NCBI GenBank assembly: GCA_002269645.1
Contig: NIVC01001571.1
Span: 11,970-75,969 of the forward strand
DNA from: Macrostomum lignano
Lineage: Eukaryota
Direction: 5' to 3'
DNA: 64,000 nt
In this document: positions 23,366-35,370 of the stretch, piece by piece
Layout: each line of letters opens with the position of its first letter
How positions within the stretch are numbered: position 1 is the first letter of the stretch
Position numbers and translations under genes: made by a program
Notes under the pieces: model-generated
Database searches by the model: none
Seen by the model: only the letters and a program-made list of their open reading frames with translations
What the model was told of the DNA's origin: nothing

Positions 23366-25479
23366 AGAGACGAAAAGACGCCAGCAGCCAATGAAAATTA
23401 AAACAAGAAAATTAAAACGAAGAATGGCTGCTCAAGACGGAGGGGGCAGATCAGAATGAACCAGCCGCAGGGAGAGGAGAGACGAGAATGCAAGGGTGGG
23501 GGCAAGGGAATTGTGAAATGCAGCTCAAAACAGAACCAAGAAGTTGCGGCACGAGAGTCAGACGCGTTTACCGATAAGCTAACCTGCCCCTCAACTAGAC
23601 AATTTTAGATTAATATAGCTGCGGGAAGATTTTAGTATTTGATGTTGAAGGCCGTGACTAGTCCTTGACCTCCGTTACCAAGCAACCCTGATGACGTCAC
23701 CCGTCAGCCACGCTGTGATTGGACGAGAAATTGGGGTGGGGCGCAGCGAAAAAATGATTTTGTGGTGGAGGATTTTACGTAACAGACAGAAAAAGGTTGG
23801 GGAGATAGGTTATAAAACTATCACACGCATGAAGGATTTCAACAAACAATTTAGAAAGGAGATGGGGTTTGGTGCGCGGGGAGTGGGGTGGGAGATAAGC
23901 ATGATTCATCGTATCACGGTTGTGTGGGGCGCGAGTGTCAATGTGCCATCCTTTACGTTGACAACACGCCCCCGACAATTCCGTCATTGCGGTACAACCT
24001 GAAATCCGTCAGCAGCCAATAGGTAGGCTTCGTAGTCTGAAACATGAACCCACATGAACCCAATGGGTTCAAAAGTTCTATAAACACAGGAGTTCCGATC
24101 GCCGGTCCAAAAGAGTTATTTCTCAGCTCCCAAATAAGAGATTTACCGACCAGGAAAAATCCTGGAGGTGGATATGGCCGCTCGCCCGGTAGTCCTTAGG
24201 CAGTGGACGGACGAGCTGGCGAAAACTCTCGGGCCTGAAAACGTCCGGAAAGAAAGATCCGTCCGTTTGGGCCGAGGTAGGTGAGCCTGTACTGAGTAAC
24301 TACAGGCGGGGCATTCACGAGGCGTTTGACGGGGATTCACCTTGACTGACCAGCTCTACAAGAGCTCTAAGTCTCTAGGGACGTTTCTTTGGAACCTGCG
24401 GTTAGCCTCCACATGTACATACAGTAAGTCTTTGTGTAGGCTCTTTTACACCGATACAATGACAAGTCAAAAAACGGTCATTATTACACCAATTCAGCAA
24501 CTTCAACCTTCATTTGTTTCAAACTGATACATGTAAGAGCAGGCATATTACATGTACTTTGTTTCTTGGCAGTTTTGGAATTTATGTCCTCTGTACGCGT
24601 AATAAATGTACATCATACTATCTGCCCAAGTGACCAACCAGTTCGCCCAACCCATCTGTCTTTCTCTCGTCCAATCAAATCTATTAATAAATAATTAACT
24701 GGAATGAAAGTGTGAAGGTTAAAAATCGATAAAATCGTATGGATTGTTCAGCGCGTGGCTTGAGTTTACACCAGGCCCGCATACTACTGGTAGTAGCTGA
24801 TTCTTGTCCCAAAAGGTTTAGATGGTCTGGAGAAAAATGATAAAACCGTAGCAAACATTCCGCGTATCATTTTAAAAAAATCGGATGACAATTACAAATT
24901 AGCTATTGAGAAGAAGCAATAAATTTTATAATGTCAAAAAGATTTCGGTTTTGTAGACAAAACCAAGAACCGGCACTCATCACCCTTCAGTTAATATTGA
25001 TTGGTCAAACGTTGTTTAAGTTTGTTAATTAACGCAAATTAACAATTTAAAAGTTTTAAATAAAAGTGTTTTTCAGGCTAATATATATATAGCTCGTATA
25101 TAAGAATCAAAGCACAACCTATGATTAAAATAATGCTGAATTTACAAGAGTATAGTGAATGGTTAGCAAGAAAAGATCATTAAAAATGCAAGGTACAAGA
25201 CCAACACGCGCACATAACTACATCAACAAAAATTGATTAATGATCACAATCTCAATAGTTCCAGATCTGACTAGAGGTCATCATCAAAAGTCATCAGATG
25301 GTTTTGAACTGAAGTTGAAATGACGGAAAAATGACTCGAAATTCATGCACAATGAAGCCAGCACAGTAAAGCCAGGATATACTCGTACTTCTTTTTGATT
25401 AGCATAATAATACTTAACAACCCGAACTCTCCACCGACCCTGGATCTCAGGCGCGATTTTTATCCTAGATCACCGATCC

Positions 25480-26260
25480 TGGATCTCTGACCCGGGATCT
25501 CTGACCTGGGATCTCTGACCTGGGATCTCTGACCCTGGATCTCTGACCCGGGATCTCTGACCCGGGATCTCTGACCTTGGATCTCTGACCCGGGATCTCT
25601 GACCCTGGATCTCTGACCCGGGATCTCTGACCTGGGATCTCTGACCCTAGATCTCTGACCCTAGATCTCTGACCCTAGATCTCTGACCCTAGATCTCTGA
25701 CCCTAGATCTCTGACCCTAGATCTCTGACCCGGGATCTCTGACCCTAGACCTCTGACCTGGGATCTCGGACCTTGGATCCCCGAGCCTGGATCTCTGACC
25801 CTGGATCTCTGACCCGGGATCAAAGGTCCTGGATAGCGCCTGGATTTCGGACATGGGATCCTCGAGCCTGGATCTCTGACCCGGGATCAAAGGTCCTGGA
25901 TAGCGCCTGGATTTCGGACATGGGATCCTCGAGCCTGGATCTCTGACCCGGGATCAAAGGTCCTGGATAGCGCCTGGATTTCGGACATGGGATCCCCGAG
26001 CCTGGATCTCTGACCCGGGATCCTTGAGCCTGAATCTTTGGCCCTGGATCTCTGACCCGGGATCAAAGGTCCTGGATAGCGCCTGGATTTCGGACATGGG
26101 ATCCCCGAGCCTGGATCTCTGACCCGGGTCCTTGAGCCTGAATCTCTGACCCTGGATTTCTGACCCTAGATCCCTGAGCCTTGATCTTTGACCCTGGATC
26201 TCTGACCCGGAATTCTTCAGCCTGGATTTCTGACCTTGGACCTCCGACCATAGAACTCCG
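25480..26260. repeat. 14-bp minisatellite (GGGATCTCTGACCC) grading into a 67-bp higher-order repeat
   Basis: 14-bp periodicity at 25480-25800, and GGATCAAAGG at 25817, 25884 and 25951. Confidence 0.93.
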
Positions 26261-26329
26261 ACCCTAGATCTCCAGAACATGCAGATGCAAGTGAAGGAAT
26301 GTTAAACGCATGGGTCAAAGCAGCTGGTC

Positions 26330-29300
26330 TCAGCCCTGCAAGCTGTCCCGCATCAGGCCCAGCAGCTGTTCCTGCGGCAGCGCCTGAACAGCGCCAAACA
26401 GAGACAGCCAGGCGCGCCCAGCCCGCGCTAACGGACCGGCCAGGAGCTCCGCGCACCTGTTGTATCGTTCCGCGAAATCGTGCGGCCCAACCGAGTACAG
26501 GTGAGCGTAGAGAGCCCCAGCTAGGCGGTTGAGAGACTCCAGCCTGGCCGACTGGCAGCTCGGACAGGCGCCAGCTTCGGCCGAACTCGGCGCCAGACCG
26601 GACAGCGCCGCGACAAGCGCTACCGCCGTCTCGTCGCCGAGACTCCAGTCGGCCAGGCAGACAACGGCCGGGCACAGTTCGGCGAGGCTACCGACGCCTT
26701 CGGGCGCGCCGGCGGCTAGCGAGTCGCACAGTCGACGCAGCGGCAGTCGAAGTCGAGCGTCGGCAAACAGGCGCAACTCGTCGTCGTGTCGGCTGTAGGC
26801 CAGGCAAGTCAACGGTGCGGCGCCGAACGCCAGAGCGGCGCGGAGGTGGCCGCTGAGACAGCAGGCGCCCATGCCGGAGGAGGCGCATCCGGCAAAGAAG
26901 CCGGTGAGACGGCGCAGAGCGGCGATAGCCTGTTATTAGCAAAGCAAGTGTGTAATCTACCTGACTAAGTGTGTAATTTACCTGGCTAAGTGTGTAATCT
27001 ACCTGACTAAGTGTGTAATTTACCTGGCTAAGTGTGTAATCTACCTGGCTAAGTGTGTAATCTACCTAGCCAAGTGTGTAATCTACCTGAATAAGTGTTT
27101 AATCTACTTGGCTAAGTGTGTAATCTACCTAGCCAAGTGTGTAATCTACTTGGCTAAGCGTGTAATCTACCTGGCTAAGTATGTAATCTACCTGGCTAAG
27201 TGTGTAATCTACCTAGCCAAGTGTGTAATCTACCAGACTAACTGTGTAATCTACCTGGCTAAGTGTGCAATCAATCTAGCCAGGTGTGTAATCGATCTAG
27301 ACAGGTGTGTAATCCATCTAGCCAGGTGTGTAATCGATCTAGACAGGTTTGTAATCCATCTAGACAGGTGTGTAATCCATCTAGCCAGGTGTGTAATCGA
27401 TCTAGACAGGTTTGTAATCCATCTAGACAGGTGTGTAATCGATCTAGCCAGGTGTGTAATCGATCTAGACAGGTGTGTAATCCATCTAGACAGGTGTGTA
27501 ATCCATCTAGACAGGTGTGTAATCCATCTAGACAGGTGTTTAATCCATCTATACAGGTGTGTAATCCATCTAGCCAGGTGTGTAATCCATCTAGACAGGT
27601 GTTAAATCCATCTATACAGGTGTGTAATCTATCTAGACAGGTGTGTAATCCATCTAGACAGGTGTGTAATCCATCTAGCCAGGTGTGTAATCCATCTAGA
27701 CAGGTGTGTAATCCATCTGGCATCCAGGCATCAGACGTCCCTAACCTGAAGGCAGGCGTGGCCAGCCAGAGGCGGCACCGACTGCGAAACGCCAGAGTTG
27801 TCGGCGGCAGCAACTGCGCCCCGACTCGGCGGTTCTAGCGACAGCCCGGCGGGCCCAAATCGACGGTAGAGCGACAGAACGCTGGAGGTCAGGGCGAGCC
27901 GCTCCGGCCGCGCCTCCAGACTGCCCGGTTGGCGGGCTACGCCAGCGAACACGGAACGAAGATTGGCCTCCTCCACAGCCGGATCGGACAGCAGGCCTTG
28001 CAGAGCCGCTTCGGTTTGTGCGGCCCGAGCCACCATGCCGGCCAGGGCGACGAAAGCGGCGTCGGACGCGCTCGGCGCTGGCGCCGGCGCCAGCGGGGGT
28101 GGGGGCGGTGCCGCCGTTGGAATCTCAAGCTTTATACGGGCGTCGTCTGTTGGCGGTGTTTTTAGTTTGAAAAAATCCCAATGCCACTAATTAGTATTCC
28201 TACATTTCTACTATAAGTATAGTAGTTAACAAAATGGCACTGTCGTTAATTTTAAAGAAGCAAAATTTTACTATTATTTACTGCTAGCAGAGTAAAATTA
28301 AAACACGGAAATAATTTTGAATTGGGTCACAATGGTAGGTCATGCCAAGTGATCAGAAAGCTACATGAGTCTCAACAGTGGGTCACAATGGTAGGTCATA
28401 CCAAGTGATCAGAAAGCTTTAGGTCACAATGGTAGGTCAGCCCAGTGATCAGAAAGCTTTAGGTCACAATGGTAGGTCAGCCCAGTGATCAGAAAGCTTT
28501 AGGTCCCAATGGTAGGTCAGCCCAGTGATCAGAAAGCTTTAGGTCCCAATGGTAGGTCAGCCCAGTGATCAGAAAGCTTTAGGTCCCAATGGTAGGTCAG
28601 CCCAGTGATCAGAAAGCTTTAGGTCACAATGGTAGGTCAGCCCAGTGATTAGAAAGCTTTAGGTCACAATGGTAGGTCAGCCCAGTGATCAGAAAGCTTT
28701 AGGTCACAATGGTAGGTCAGCCCAGTGATCAGAAAGCTTTAGGTCACAATGGTAGGTCAGCCCAGTGATCAGAAAGCTTTAGGTCACAATGGTAGGTCAC
28801 AAGAGCAAACACAGCAGCAGACTGGCGCCTCACCGGAAACGTCACCACTTTCGACGCCCAACTGGTTCAGAGCGTCAGCGGCCGCGTCAACTCCGGCGGG
28901 CTCGTCGCCGGAGCATCCAGCGGTCGGAGCTCCGGCCCCGGACCCGGCGGAAGCCGCTTTGCCAACTTGCATGTATCCGGGATCCAGGCCAACAGAGTAG
29001 CACTTGGCTAGGCGGCATGCTGGGCAATCGTTTCGGGTTGTCTTGGTAACCAAACAGTAGGGAGAAGGTCTCGAAGCGCTAGTGTCCCCGTTATCATCTT
29101 GCTGCCGTTTTAATTGCTGCTTTTTGCAGAACAACGTTTTAGCGGAATTCCGCCGGAAGAAGTGCTTGCAAGACTCGCAGCAGACTCTGCCGAAATTATA
29201 ATTGACGGCCAGGTCTCCGCACACGGTGCAGACCCGCTGCTCCGCCGGTTCGCCAGGTTTGGCTTTTTTCTTGGAGTGCCGCTTCCGTTTGGGCGGGTCG

Positions 29301-29383
29301 GCGGGGGCGGAGGCGGCTGGGGCAGGGGCGGAGGACAGGGCAACGACGTCGCTCTCTGTGAGAACGGATAAGTCTGACTGCTC
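26330..29383 (-). CDS. Nuclear hormone receptor, HR96/DAF-12 (NR1J/NR1I)-like; exons 29383-28834, 28146-27746, 26929-26330 (516 aa, start codon not found)
   Basis: C4 zinc-finger [30 protein letters not shown]...[19 protein letters not shown]. The P-box CESCK is typical of NR1I/J. A Pro/Ala hinge and helical LBD-like C-terminus end LLGLMRDSL. The GT-AG introns join in phase (1, 0). Confidence 0.85.
26945..27720. repeat. 21-bp minisatellite in NR intron (GTGTAATCTACCTGGCTAAGT grading to GTGTAATCCATCTAGACAGGT)
   Basis: Tandem units fill the intron 27745-26930, with two subtypes in adjacent blocks. Confidence 0.95.
28330..28800. repeat. 40-bp minisatellite (AGGTCACAATGGTAGGTCAGCCCAGTGATCAGAAAGCTTT) in NR intron
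   Basis: About 11 near-identical units. Confidence 0.95.
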
Positions 29384-29439
29384 CTGAAGTTTATTGCAGG
29401 TTTTAAACTGTATTGGAATGTGGGCAAATTTCACGGGAA

Positions 29440-30065
29440 TGTGAGATAATGAAGGGAGGGCAGTGTGAGATAATGAAGGGAGGGCAGTGTGAGATAATGA
29501 AGGGAGGGCAGTGTGAGATAATGAAGGGAGGGCAGTGTGAGATAATGAAGGGAGGGCAGTGTGAGATAATGAAAGGAGGGCAGTGTGAGATAATGAAGGG
29601 AGGGCAGTGTGAGATAATGAAGGGAGGGCAGTGTGAGATAATGAAGGGGTGTGGGATAATGAAGGGAGGGCAGTGTGAGATAATGAAAGGAGGGCAGTGT
29701 GAGATAATGAAGGGAGGGCAGTGTGAGATAATGGAGGGCAGTGTGAGATAATGAAGGGGTGTGAGATAATGAAGGGGTGTGAGATAATGAAGGGAGGGCA
29801 GTGTGAGATAATGAAAGGAGGGCAGTGTGAGATAATGAAGGGAGGGCAGTGTGAGATAATGAAGGGAGGGCAGTGTGAGATAATGGAGGGCAGTGTGAGA
29901 TAATGAAGGGGTGTGAGATAATGAAGGGAGGGCAGTGTGAGATAATGAAGGGAGGGCAGTGTGAGATAATGAAGGGAGGGCAGTATGAGATAATGAAGAA
30001 AGGGCAGTGTAAGATAATGAAAGGAGGGCACTGTGAGATAATGAAGGGAGGGCAGTGTGAGATAG
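29440..30065. repeat. 24-bp minisatellite (CAGTGTGAGATAATGAAGGGAGGG)
   Basis: Tandem units. They account for the spurious N-terminal 200 aa of ORF 28784..30031. Confidence 0.95.
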
Positions 30066-30519
30066 TTATCAGAGGAGGGAAGTGTATTGGCAAATTTCAG
30101 CCTGTTAAAGTAAATTAAAATAACGAAGCGAGTGCTTACAAGTCAATAGTAGTTTTAAAAAAAATTAAGCACACCAGTTGCTGGAACTGTGCGAGTGTCT
30201 AAAATTTACTATAAATCATTCATGAGCTATAAAGACTTAACAAACTCAGCTGTATTTACATATTATCCATATTTACCACACCTGCAAACTCTAGATTAGA
30301 ATAGAAATAGATAATTACACAAATATTAGAATCATCAGTTTAGCATTGTATGACCTTATCGTAAAAACGGAATTCATGGATTTTAATTATTTATCAGGGA
30401 AATATAAGAATGTATCGTAGACACACGCCAAAACAATTTAAATAATAATAGACAAAGCTTAAAAGACATTTCATTCAGCTATTGAGCAAATAATCTTGAA
30501 ATAGGCCTAGAAGTTAGTG

Positions 30520-30840
30520 GCGGCACATCAAAAGAACTGGGGTAGAGAGAGGGCTAGCCGCGGCACATCAAAGGAACTGGGGTAGAGAGAGCTAGCGGCG
30601 GCACATCAAAGGCACTGGGTTAGAGAGAGCTAGCGGCGGCGTATCAAAGGAACTGGGGTATAGAGGGCTAGCGGCGGCACATCAAAGGCACTGGGTTAGA
30701 GAGAGCTAGCGGCGGCACATCAAAGGAACTGGGGTAGAGAGAGCTAGCGGCGGCACATCAAAGGAACTGGGGTAGAGAGAGCTAGCGGCGGCACATCAAA
30801 GGAACTGGGTTAGAGAGGGCTAGCGGCGGCACATCAAAAA
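30520..30840. repeat. 38-bp minisatellite (GCTAGCGGCGGCACATCAAAGGAACTGGGGTAGAGAGA)
   Basis: About 8 units, with CAAAGG at 30721 and 30759. Confidence 0.93.
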
Positions 30841-30956
30841 ACGACATCACAGGTAAAGTAGCATAAACAAGGTAGCTGAATAAAAAATTAAGAAATTACA
30901 CACTAAACTCATATTTACAGCGCAGAATGGAACACTGTTAACGAATTTCTTACACA

Positions 30957-33381
30957 TCACCTACGCTTATGAGTATAATAGTGCCTACTTTCTCTGGGTA
31001 CGCCCAGCAAGTCGCACATGTGCATGCACACGAAAATGTAATAGGCGTACAGGCCCAAAACTAGCAGTATAACTTTCCAAATCTGCGACGATATGGCGCG
31101 CGGGATCTGAAAGATTTTTTAAAAAATGATGAATTACAATAAATATGTGAGACATAAGGATGAGAGACAGGGAGATAAGGATGAGAGACAGGGAGATAAG
31201 GGTGAGAGACAGGGAGATAAGGATGAGAGACAGGGAGATAAGGATGAGAGACAGGGAGATAAGGATGAGAGACAGGGAGATAAGGATGAGAGACAGGGAG
31301 ATAAGGGTGAGAGACAGGGAGATAAGGGTGAGAGACATGGAGCTAAGGATGAGAGACAGGGAGATAAGGATGAGAGACAGGGAGATAAGGGTGAGAGACA
31401 TGGAGCTAAGGATGAGAGACAGGGAGATAAGGGTGAGAGACAAGGAGCTAAGGATGAGAGACGGGGAGATAAGGATGAGAGACAGGGAGATAAGGATGAG
31501 AGACAGGGAGATAAGGGTGAGAGACAGGGAGATAAGGATCAGAGACGGGAGATAAGGATCAGAGACTGGAGATAAGGATGAGAGAACAGTGAGTCAGAAC
31601 AGAGAGAAGGGTGATTGAGACATAATTGAAATAAACGAAGGATAATGCATTGGAAAAACCGGCTTACAAAGGACTTATGCACGGTATAATATTTGTCGCA
31701 GGTCAGATAGCCGCAAACTGAATCGTACAGCTCGGCTGCAATAGAAAATAGAGTATAAGAAATGAAAAATTCGTTTTTATAAAAAGCATTAAACTACTAA
31801 TAGTAGCTGACTTATACTAGCCTGCGCCGCTTACTTTGAACAGCTTTGCCTGTCTGACCAGAATGAGTGCACGAGGCTACGGCTTGCTTGAAAAATGGAT
31901 TTGACAGGGTTGAGAAGTTAGGTTAATGCTAGATTACGAGATTAGTGTTTCGATTTAAAAATAGCATAGATAAAAAAGCTGATTATTACAATGCATTTCT
32001 CCATTAAGGGCAGCATTTGGGCCTCCTTGCACAGAGCCTGTCGCCAGAAGTCGAAGTTCTCGGGCAACGATAGAACGCGACAGCGCAGCAGGGGACATGC
32101 GTCCGCTAGGCATGCTGTGCCATTCTGTTTAGGGTAGAATTTTGATAAACTTAGTGCTAATTAGTCTACGTAGCGTTAAGAGATGGGCTAGGGTAAGGCC
32201 AACTGTCTAGACTGACCAATCAGACACACCGGAGTGAAGTGGGTCTGCTGGGGTAAAGCCCACTAACCAATTAGACACACCGGAGTGAGGTGGGTGTGCT
32301 GGGGTAAAGCCCACTGACCAATCAGACACGCAGGAGTGAGGTGGGTGTGCTGGGTAAAGCCCACTGACCAATCAGACACACCGGAGTGAGGTGGGTGTGC
32401 TGGGGTAAAGCCCACTGACCAATCAGACACGCAGGAGTGAGGTGGGTGTGCTGGGTAAAGTCCACTGATCAATCAGACACACCGGAGTGAGGTGGGTGTG
32501 CTGGGGTAAAGCCCACTGACCAATCAGACACACCGGAGTGAGGTGGGTGTGCTGGGGTAAAGCCAACTGACCAATCAGACACGCAGGAGTGAGGTGGGTG
32601 TGCTGGGGTAAAGCCCACTGACCAATCAGACACACCGGAGTGAGGTGGGTGTGCTGGGGTAAAGCCAAATGACCAATCAGACACGCAAGAGTGAGGAGGG
32701 TGTGCTGGGGTAAAGCCCACTAACCAATCAGACTCACCGGAGTGAGGTGGGTGTGCTGGGGTAAAGCCAAATGACCAATCAGACACACCGGAGTGAGGTG
32801 GGTGTGCTGGGGTAAAGCCCACTGGCCAATCAGACACGCCGGGTGTGGTGTGGATAAAGACTACTGTTTTCGAGTTTTAGCATAACACTGAACATCGCTC
32901 ACAGCCACAGTCTCCGGATGTCGCCTCTCGTAATGATTCCAAAGCGACGACTCTCTATAGAACGACTTGCCGCAGTAGCCGCACTGCCAATTGCTGACAC
33001 TATTGGCAAATGTTCGTTTCTCGTTGTCATAGTAACGGCTTGGTTTAGGTTGGAATAAACAGCCGGGAGGCATCTCGGCCGAGTGACGTTCGAAAATAGG
33101 AAGGATCAACTGCGGATTAGGGAGTTAGGAACTAATTTTAAAGACTGATACAATTCTACCTTTGATCACATGCACATCAATACTAGATATGAACTGCTCA
33201 CTTTTTCTATGATACTAAGAGCCTCCTTGGACTTCTGCCGACTGCAGCGGTCGCTTCTAGAGCTGTCATCTGCTCGATAGCCAATAGGCAACAAAGCGGC
33301 GAGAATCAATACAGTAGCAAGCTGTCTCGCCGATGGCAAAGGGCGTGCCACCGATAGACAGAACGGTCCAATAGAAGTCAT
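30957..33381 (-). CDS. Signal-peptide, cysteine-rich 'C2H2-like' protein with C-terminal TM anchor; 6 exons: 33381-33202, 33109-32903, 32124-31990, 31886-31835, 31735-31668, 31106-30957 (263 aa)
   Basis: Hydrophobic N-terminus [12 protein letters not shown], then [68 protein letters not shown] and [18 protein letters not shown]. All five GT-AG introns join in phase. The start ATG is uncertain. Confidence 0.8.
31150..31585. repeat. 21-bp purine-rich minisatellite (GAGAGACAGGGAGATAAGGAT)
   Basis: Tandem units in the last intron of the C2H2-like gene. ORFs 31126..31575, 31160..31555 and 30985..31443 are artefacts. Confidence 0.95.
32210..32845. repeat. 51-bp minisatellite containing CCAATCAGACAC
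   Basis: CCAAT at 32216, 32267, 32318 and onward, ~12 units. Confidence 0.95.
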
Positions 33382-33479
33382 GAAATCCAATTCATTTTTT
33401 TTATAAATCAAAGCATTCAAGTATTACTGATATTTTATTGAAACACATGAGTGAGGGGTTGTATTGAACTGGTAAGAAG

Positions 33480-33870
33480 TCTACAGGCTTAGCTGGCCAA
33501 TCAGACACGATAGAGTGAGGTGGCTGAACTGGCAAGAAGTCTACAGGCCTAGCTGGCCAATCAGACACGATGGAGTGAGGTGGCTGAACTGGCAAGAAGT
33601 CTACAGGCCTAGTTGGCCAATCAGACACGATGGAGTGAGGTGGCTGAACTGGCAAGAAGTCTACAGGCCTAGCTGGCCAATCAGACACGATGGAGTGAGG
33701 TGGCTGAACTGGTAAGAAGTCTACAGGCCTAGCTGGCCAATCAGACACGATGGAGTGAGGTGGCTGAACTGGCAAGAAGTCTACAGGCCTAGCTGGCCAA
33801 TCAGACACGATTGAAGTGAGGTGGCTGAACTGGCAAGAAGTCTACAAGCCTAGTTAGCCAATCAGACACG
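33480..33870. repeat. 60-bp minisatellite containing CCAATCAGACAC, upstream of the C2H2-like gene
   Basis: Exact 60-bp periodicity at 33481-33810. Confidence 0.95.
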
Positions 33871-34869
33871 TACGCTCTTAAACACAGATTATGTACACCC
33901 TTACACACAGCTTCTAATTTTGACTGAAAAAGACAAAAAGTAGGAATTAACACAGACCGAATTTGACTTTTGGTATGAATAAATGCTGCAAAAAATATTC
34001 GACAATATGTTTATTTATTAATCTTGCAATTTACAAAAATATAAGTCAATCGGACCAGGACAAACATAGGAATGCTAAATATACAGCAAAGGTACATTCA
34101 AAGACTGCTGATGAAATATAACGTAGAAAAATGTACAAAAATAAATTACTAGGTTAAAATTTACAAATTACATGCACTTGTAGAGCAAAACTGAAAGAGA
34201 AAACAACCGGGTGTCATGAAGACAAGAATACGAAGCAAAACAAAGCCTTGAAAGTATTTAAATGCTTTTATAACGGACACTTTTTGGGACGACTTGATAT
34301 CATAGAAAAAAACAAATAATAACTGGCAGATTCTATTTATATTACTTAGTAGTAGCATCAGACATTTTGAGCTAGATAAGTACACTGAAAATTGTTACAA
34401 AATGCATTAGAACAGACGAGTAACAACCTGAAATATTTGATTTCAATGAGTCGTGTACAAATATATTCGTACACTTACACTGACCGCAATCGAAAATTGA
34501 ATATAGATATGTACTGAATAAAAAGCAACAGGAATGATTGTGAGATAAAACTTTGGCCCCGGACAACTCCAGAATAATAATAGATGAATAGCTCCAAAAG
34601 GAACTGAAAGTTTAGCGGAAATTGAATGCAATTTTTTAGAAAGCTTAACAACTATTTTATGCAAATTGCTTACTTTGACAGCACTTGGAACTGAAATTCG
34701 AAAATGCTTATCTGCTTACTCAAAGTAGCAGCAATGCAAATCGACTTAGTCGCATTATCACGACATATTATATTTAGATTTATTACACACTTGTTTGAGC
34801 CATCCTTTTGTCTTGTGTAACAAATCGAAAAAATTAAAAGTTACTTTCAATCAATTCATTAATTTGTTA

Positions 34870-35370
34870 GTCAGTCAGTCAGTCAGTGAGTCAGTGAGTC
34901 AGTCAGTGAGTCAGTGAGTCAGTGAGTGAGCCAGTGAGTCAGTGGGTCAGTGAGTCAGTGAGTCAGTGGGTCAGTGGGTCAGTGAGTCAGTGAGTCAGTC
35001 AGTGAGTCAGTGAGTCAGTGAGTGAGTCAGTGAGTGAGTCAGTGAGTGAGTCAGTGAGTGAGTCAGTGAGTGAGTCAGTCAGTGAGTGAGTCAGTGAGTG
35101 AGTCAGTGAGTCAGTGAGTGAGTCAGTGAGTGAGTCAGTGAGTGAGTGAGTCAGTGAGTGAGTCAGTGAGTGAGTGAGTCAGTGAGTGAGTCAGTGAGTG
35201 AGTCAGTGAGTGAGTGAGTGAGTGAGTGAGTCAGTGAGTGAGTGAGTGAGTGAGTGAGTGAGTGAGTGAGTGAGTGAGTGAGTGAGTCAGTCAGTCAGTC
35301 AGTCAGTCAGTCAGTCAGTCAGTCAGTCAGTCAGTCAGTCAGTCAGTCAGTCAGTCAGTCAGTCAGTCAG
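34870..35370. repeat. Compound tetranucleotide microsatellite (GTCA/GTGA)n
   Basis: About 500 bp of AGTC/AGTG units. Confidence 0.97.

Noticed and set aside
29384-30031. 200-aa N-terminal extension of the nuclear receptor ORF 28784..30031
   Set aside because: It is the 24-bp minisatellite read in frame, and a good acceptor at 29384-29385 marks the real exon start.
30330-30400. ATG AAT TCC GTT TTT ACG ATA AG|GTCATA as first exon of the nuclear receptor
   Set aside because: The donor is weak and phase 2, while the DBD exon needs phase 0.
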